Source: Deltaproteobacteria bacterium (GTDB taxonomy: Bacteria; Desulfobacterota; JADFXK01). From it: DNA of 41,748 nucleotides. The stretch is taken from NCBI GenBank assembly GCA_015233055.1, contig JADFYN010000003.1:1-41748 (forward strand), in the 5' to 3' direction. The stretch's first letter is position 1. Each line of letters opens with the position of its first letter. The position numbers and the translations under genes are program-made. Shown one piece after another: positions 36,186 through 41,748 of this stretch. The notes under the pieces were generated by a model. It saw only the letters and a program-made list of their open reading frames with translations, was not told the DNA's origin and made no database searches.

Positions 36186-39100
36186 ATGTCGCTAACCATC
36201 ACTGGGTTTCAAGTCAACGAAAAAATTTTTGAGAACTACCGGACGCTAATTTACCAGGGAATACGGATGTCTGATAATATTCCCGTGGTCATTAAACTAT
36301 CAAGCGCCCAATATCCCACCCAGTTCGAGCTGGCAAGATTAAAACATGAATATGAGGTTCTCAAGCGGCTCGATATCTCCGGCGTTTCCAAGGTGTATTC
36401 CCTGGAAAAGCATCATAACGGTTTAGCCTTGATCCTCGAAGCGTTCGACGGCAAGCCCTTAGCGGAAGCCATTAAATCGGCCCAAATCGATCTGGTGACT
36501 TTCCTGGATTTTGCCGCCAAGATGGCCAGGATCATAGGAAATATTCATGATTGCGGGATTATCCACAAGGATGTGAATCCATATAATTTTCTTCTAAATA
36601 ATAATACCGCTGAATTCAGAGCCATAGACTTCGGTCTGGCCTCTTTTCTCCAAAGGCAGAAGCAGGAAGCGGTTAGTCCCGGTCTTCTGGAAGGCACCCT
36701 CCCCTATATGTCTCCGGAGCAGACAGGTAGAATGAATCGGGGAATTGATTATCGAACCGATTACTATTCGCTGGGCATCACCTTCTACGAAATATTAACG
36801 GGGGCACACCCCTTCCAGGCTGACGACGCCATAGGTTGGGTACATTGCCATATCGCCAAAACCCCTCCTTCAATCAGAGTCCAACGCCCGGACATTCCAC
36901 CAGTTATTGAAAATATCATCCTCAAATTGATGTCTAAAAAGGCAGAGGACCGCTATCACGGACTATCCGGACTGATCTGGGATTTGGAAAAATGCCGGAA
37001 GCAGATCACTCAGGCCGGAGAAGTAGAAAATTTCGCCTTGGGCATATGCGACATCTCCGAAAAATTTCATATTCCGCAAAAGGCGTACGGACGTACGGCC
37101 GAAACAGGCGTCCTGGAAGATTGTTTTTACCGTATCGCGGCCGGTGGGTCCGAAATGTTGATGGTCGCGGGTTATTCCGGGATTGGCAAGTCCGCCCTGG
37201 TCAATGAAATCCACAAACCCCTGGTGGAAAAATATGGATTTTTCATCTCCGGTAAATTTGACCAGTTCCAGCGCCATATCCCATATTCAGCCATCAGCGG
37301 CGCTTTTCAAGGATTACTGAAACAGTTGCTGATGAGTCGCCCGGAAGAGCTTGCTTCATGGAAAGATAAGCTGCTCGCGGCCCTGGGACCCAATGGCCAG
37401 GTTATCATTGATGTGATTCCGGCGGTGGAAAAAATCATAGGCCCCCAGTTAAAGGTTCCCAATCTTGGAACGGAAGAGAACCAGAACCGGTTCAATATGG
37501 TTTTCCTGCAATTTTTGCGTGTTTTCACCTGCAAAGACAACCCGCTGGTTATTTTCCTGGATGATCTCCAGTGGGCCGACATCGCCACATTGAATTCGAT
37601 CAAGACACTTATGTTGTCCGAAGGAAATGAATATCTATTGTTGATGGGAGCTTATCGGGACAACGAAGTCGATCACACGCATCCTTTCATTATTGCTCTG
37701 GATGAGATCGATAAGGCCGGGATCAGGATCAACAAGCTGACCTTGAAGCCTTTGGATTTACATCATTTGGGCGAGTTGATTTCAGACACTGTCCACGCGG
37801 ATATCGCCGCCGTCAACCCCTTATCCCGACTGGTCATGGATAAGACCGGGGGCAATCCATTCTTCGTCATCCAATTTCTGAGAAACCTTCATCATGAAAA
37901 CCTGTTGACTTTTGATCCCCGGCAACATCGCTGGATATGGGATGTCGCTCAGATCAAATCCGGGGAGATAACCGACAATGTCGTTGAATTAATGGTCACG
38001 AAGCTGAGAGCTCTGCCGGATGTCACTCAGAACTTACTCCGACTGGGCGCGTGTATCGGCAACAGCTTCGATCTCAAAACATTGGCCATCATCGCCGAAC
38101 AACCGGTGGCCGACGTTGCGAGGGATTTGTGGCCGGCCGTCGAAGAGGGATTGCTTCTTCCGCAGGGAAACGGTCACCAGCAGTTAAAAATTATGGATGA
38201 AGGATCCGATGAAAATGACAGAGTCCAGGAGGCCGTAGATAAGTTTCTTCACGACAGGGTGCAGCAGGCGGCCTATTCACTCATTGAAGAGGGCCAAAAA
38301 AAGGCCACGCATCTCAAGATTGCGCGACTATTGCATAAGTCGATACATGAACAGGATTTGGGGACCAGATGCTTTTCCATTGTGGAGCACTACAGCAAGA
38401 GTCTTTCCCTGGTAGAAAATGAAGAAGAGAAACGTACCCTGGCGGCGTTGACCCTTGACGCGGGACGAAGAGCCCAAGAGTCGACCGCCTATGCCCCCGC
38501 TTTGGAATATTTCACCATGGGAGCAGAGTTACTCAACGACGATGCCTGGCAAGACCATCATTCACTGATGTTCGGGATTTACAAAGGAATTACCGAATGT
38601 CAGTTCTTAACCGCAAAAGCCGAAGACGGGATAGCCAGTGCGGATAAATTGCTGAAACGCTGCTCTTCCAAGGAAGAACAGGTAGAGATCAATAATATTT
38701 TGATTCTCTATTACGGCGGCGCCGGGCAAATGGATAAATCGATAGATATCGCCATTGATTCCTTGAGACTCTACCACGAGATGATTCCAAGAAAATGCAA
38801 CCAGGCGCAGCTCCTCATCGAGCTGGCATCAACAAAACTGAGGGAACTCGGCAAGAATGTTGATCACCTGGTGGCGATGCCGAGAACACAGAATGCCGAT
38901 GTGCTGAGTGTCCTGAGCCTGCTCAAGGAGTTGGTTGCGCCTACCTATCTTCAGGGCCTGCTGTTGTTGCCTTTTGTCATCCTGAGGATGTTCAAGCTAA
39001 CCCTGATCCACGGTAACAGCTCTATCTCCTCTTTCATATTTTCCGGATACGGACTGCTCTGGTCTAAACTCGGCTTCCCCTCTCAGGCATATAAGTACGG

Positions 39101-41705
39101 CAAGCTGGCCATGGAATATCTTAAGCAGGTTGACAATCCACCCATGGAGGCCCGAACCTATTTCATGGTGACAAGCTTTGCCATGTTCTGGAAACAGCCG
39201 ATTTCCGACACCCTGGAGCCCAGGAAGCAGGGCTTGCAAAAACTCGTCAATACAGGCGAAAACTTCTGGGCTTCATATATTTACCTGTTTGGTTTCTGGC
39301 AGGAAGTGGCGCTGTCCAAATCGATTGCCGATGTGGTCAAGATGGCCGAAAGAGAGGTAAAGTTTGCCAAAAAGGTCAAACAAATAGAGCTGTTCCATGT
39401 CCACTCGCTCCACCGGGCTCTGTTCATGAATCTATTGGGTGAGATTGAAAACACAGACTCACTGGATTACCAGGACCATAACGAGGAGCAAGCGGTTGCT
39501 TATTTCGATTCCAACGTCACATCCACCTGCGGCACGTTCTATCACGCGACCACCCGCCTGATCCTCAATTACTACTATGAAAACTATAAGGACGCGGTGG
39601 AAGTGGCCACCGGGCCGAAAATCACCGCGGAGGTGATAGCAGATCCCACTTACAACGTAACCGCATATACCTTCTTCACCTGCCTGGCCATCCTGGCTGC
39701 AATGAAGGACTTTAACGACGCGGAAAAGAAGCACTACCAAAAGATTTATGCCTCGGGCAAACGAAAGATAAAGAAGTGGGCCAATTGCGGCCCAACCAAC
39801 TTCAACGTTATGTTGTTTTTGCTCACGGCGGAAGAGGCCCGGGTTGAAGGACGACGCCAGGAAGCAGTTGAAATCTACTCGCGAGCGATAGAAGCCGCGA
39901 AAGAAATGCATTCTTTCTTGTATGAGAGTCTCTGCAATGAATGCTGTGCAAAATTCTGGTTAAGCATCGAAGAAGAGAGAATCGCCCAAGTCTACATGCA
40001 GGAGGCGGCCTTTCTGTACGATGAGTGGGGTGCCCTGGCCAAAGTAAAGCAGATGCAAGCGCAATACCCCAAGTTATTGTCGGCCGGACAGGCCAGAAGA
40101 CGCAGCTCCGACAGAATGTCCACTATGTCCACTTCAAGTACCTCCGTTGTTGGGCAGTTGGATGTGTCAACGGTGATCAAGGCATCGCAAGCCATATCCG
40201 GCCAGATCGTTCTCGGGAAATTGCTCGAGAAACTGATGAACATCCTGATTGAAAATGCCGGAGCGCGTCGGGGAATTTTAGTCCTCAAGCAGAATGGACG
40301 CCTGTTTGTCGAGGCGGAAGGCAATGTGCAAGAAAACGAGGTCAAGGCGCTCCAGGCCATTCCTCTGGAAGAACGGGGGGAGCTTCCTCTCTCCCTAATT
40401 CGATATGTTACAAGAACCGAGGAAACCCTCGTACTAAGCGATGCGACGCGTGAGGGTGCCTTTAGCGGTGATGACTACATCAAGACGAAACAGCCGAAGT
40501 CCCTTCTGGCCATGCCGATCATTAACCACGGAAAGCTCCTGGGGATTCTATATCTCGAAAATGACCTGATTGAAGGGGTTTTTACGCCGGAACGACTGGA
40601 ATTACTGAAGGTATTGGCCTCACAAGTTGCCATCTCCATTGAAAATGCTTTTTTTTACAACAGTATGGAAAAGAAGGTCGAGGAAAGAACGGCTGAGTTA
40701 CAAGAAGCTCTGGCCGATCTCAAGCGCAGTCAGCAGCAGTTGATTGAGTCAGAAAAAATGGCGGCGCTTGGTCAGTTGGTAGCAGGTGTCGGCCATGAGG
40801 TGAATACGCCCCTGGGGGCGATTAAGTCGTCTGTAGGCAATATTGAGAGTTGTCTGAAAGAGACGCTGGCCCAGTTACCCCGGCTCTTCCAACTCTTGGA
40901 TAAGAATCAGCAGCAGGAATTCCTGGCCTTGCTTGGGCATTCCGCCAACAATGGGGCGGTCCTGACCACTCGGGAGGAGAGGGAAATAAGAAGAACCTTA
41001 GAAGCCGAACTGAAAGGTCATGGCTTTGAAAACACAAGAAAATTGGCCAACATATTCATCAAATTAAATATTCTCAAAGGCGTTGACTCCTTTATCCCCT
41101 TGTTGAAAAGTGAAAACGCCGAGTTGGTTTTTGATACGGCGTACAAACTTTCCGACCTGATTTCAAACACGACCAATATCGCTTTAGCGGTGGAAAAAGC
41201 TGCAAAGATCATCTTTGCTCTAAAAAACTTCGCCCGCTTTGACAAGAGCGGCGAGATGATCAAGGTGGGATTGAAAGACGGACTGGAAACAGTCTTGACC
41301 ATTTACCACAATCAGATCAAGCGCAACACAACACTGGTTACGGAATATGAAGAGTTGGAAGAGATCTACTGTTTCCCGGATGAGTTAAACCAGGTCTGGA
41401 CAAACCTGATCCACAATGCCTTGCAGGCGATGGATTACAACGGGACGTTGACCATAACGCTTAATAAAAGCGGTGAGTATCAGGTTGTTGTGATAAGGGA
41501 TAGCGGCCAGGGAATCCCTGAGGATATTCTCGGCAATATATTTACGCCCTTCTTCACCACCAAGAAAGCGGGTGAAGGAAGTGGCTTGGGGCTCGATATC
41601 GTCAAAAAGATCGTTGACAAGCATAAAGGCAGAATAGAGGTGGCCAGTACTGTAGGAAAAGGTACGGCTTTTTCCATATTCATTCCTGCCGTTGTAAATA
41701 AATAA
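36186..41705 (+). CDS. Trifunctional Ser/Thr kinase - AAA ATPase - GAF - histidine kinase (1839 aa)
   Basis: IHKDVNP.N, DFG and YMSPEQTGR kinase motifs. Walker A GYSGIGKS, Walker B FLDDLQWAD, GAF (GILYLEN), H-box GHEVNTPLG, and G-boxes DSGQGI and GSGLGL. Confidence 0.95.
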   Translation: MSLTITGFQVNEKIFENYRTLIYQGIRMSDNIPVVIKLSSAQYPTQFELARLKHEYEVLKRLDISGVSKVYSLEKHHNGLALILEAFDGKPLAEAIKSAQIDLVTFLDFAAKMARIIGNIHDCGIIHKDVNPYNFLLNNNTAEFRAIDFGLASFLQRQKQEAVSPGLLEGTLPYMSPEQTGRMNRGIDYRTDYYSLGITFYEILTGAHPFQADDAIGWVHCHIAKTPPSIRVQRPDIPPVIENIILKLMSKKAEDRYHGLSGLIWDLEKCRKQITQAGEVENFALGICDISEKFHIPQKAYGRTAETGVLEDCFYRIAAGGSEMLMVAGYSGIGKSALVNEIHKPLVEKYGFFISGKFDQFQRHIPYSAISGAFQGLLKQLLMSRPEELASWKDKLLAALGPNGQVIIDVIPAVEKIIGPQLKVPNLGTEENQNRFNMVFLQFLRVFTCKDNPLVIFLDDLQWADIATLNSIKTLMLSEGNEYLLLMGAYRDNEVDHTHPFIIALDEIDKAGIRINKLTLKPLDLHHLGELISDTVHADIAAVNPLSRLVMDKTGGNPFFVIQFLRNLHHENLLTFDPRQHRWIWDVAQIKSGEITDNVVELMVTKLRALPDVTQNLLRLGACIGNSFDLKTLAIIAEQPVADVARDLWPAVEEGLLLPQGNGHQQLKIMDEGSDENDRVQEAVDKFLHDRVQQAAYSLIEEGQKKATHLKIARLLHKSIHEQDLGTRCFSIVEHYSKSLSLVENEEEKRTLAALTLDAGRRAQESTAYAPALEYFTMGAELLNDDAWQDHHSLMFGIYKGITECQFLTAKAEDGIASADKLLKRCSSKEEQVEINNILILYYGGAGQMDKSIDIAIDSLRLYHEMIPRKCNQAQLLIELASTKLRELGKNVDHLVAMPRTQNADVLSVLSLLKELVAPTYLQGLLLLPFVILRMFKLTLIHGNSSISSFIFSGYGLLWSKLGFPSQAYKYGKLAMEYLKQVDNPPMEARTYFMVTSFAMFWKQPISDTLEPRKQGLQKLVNTGENFWASYIYLFGFWQEVALSKSIADVVKMAEREVKFAKKVKQIELFHVHSLHRALFMNLLGEIENTDSLDYQDHNEEQAVAYFDSNVTSTCGTFYHATTRLILNYYYENYKDAVEVATGPKITAEVIADPTYNVTAYTFFTCLAILAAMKDFNDAEKKHYQKIYASGKRKIKKWANCGPTNFNVMLFLLTAEEARVEGRRQEAVEIYSRAIEAAKEMHSFLYESLCNECCAKFWLSIEEERIAQVYMQEAAFLYDEWGALAKVKQMQAQYPKLLSAGQARRRSSDRMSTMSTSSTSVVGQLDVSTVIKASQAISGQIVLGKLLEKLMNILIENAGARRGILVLKQNGRLFVEAEGNVQENEVKALQAIPLEERGELPLSLIRYVTRTEETLVLSDATREGAFSGDDYIKTKQPKSLLAMPIINHGKLLGILYLENDLIEGVFTPERLELLKVLASQVAISIENAFFYNSMEKKVEERTAELQEALADLKRSQQQLIESEKMAALGQLVAGVGHEVNTPLGAIKSSVGNIESCLKETLAQLPRLFQLLDKNQQQEFLALLGHSANNGAVLTTREEREIRRTLEAELKGHGFENTRKLANIFIKLNILKGVDSFIPLLKSENAELVFDTAYKLSDLISNTTNIALAVEKAAKIIFALKNFARFDKSGEMIKVGLKDGLETVLTIYHNQIKRNTTLVTEYEELEEIYCFPDELNQVWTNLIHNALQAMDYNGTLTITLNKSGEYQVVVIRDSGQGIPEDILGNIFTPFFTTKKAGEGSGLGLDIVKKIVDKHKGRIEVASTVGKGTAFSIFIPAVVNK

Positions 41706-41748
41706 GTGTTCGTGAGAGGTTCTTATATGTCTAAATGCGTTATTCTTT

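Overview
A 41.7 kb chromosomal window from a sulfate/sulfite-reducing bacterium, most likely Desulfobacterota (inferred from reductive-type dsrA-dsrB-dsrD and the gene families around it). In order it holds: an IS21-type end interrupting a response regulator gene; a three-gene signalling cluster (response regulator, PAS/HisKA-only protein, hybrid histidine kinase); an iron uptake locus (fur, a DtxR-FeoA fusion, feoB) with two Fur boxes; a polyamine locus (two tandem speE-like aminopropyltransferases divergent from speD); xerD; amrB/MEMO1; an M48 peptidase-TPR, a class IV aminotransferase, an AsmA-like protein, an ADP-ribosylglycohydrolase and a patatin-like protein; two orphan antitoxin-like genes; dsrABD followed by TPR and YkgJ genes; a frameshifted FAD oxidoreductase; and a REC-GGDEF gene next to a Ser/Thr kinase-AAA-GAF-His kinase. 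I saw no rRNA, tRNA or CRISPR array. Two observations stand out. First, speD has a ~190 nt leader with a candidate structured RNA and an unannotated 24-codon ORF carrying a strong ribosome-binding site, a candidate polyamine-sensing switch. Second, intergenic regions hold several small composite elements in which IS-type terminal inverted repeats enclose palindromic cargo from other repeat systems (REP doublets, or a GxxExxY-gene relic). Family assignments rest on motif recognition only; no database searches were run.
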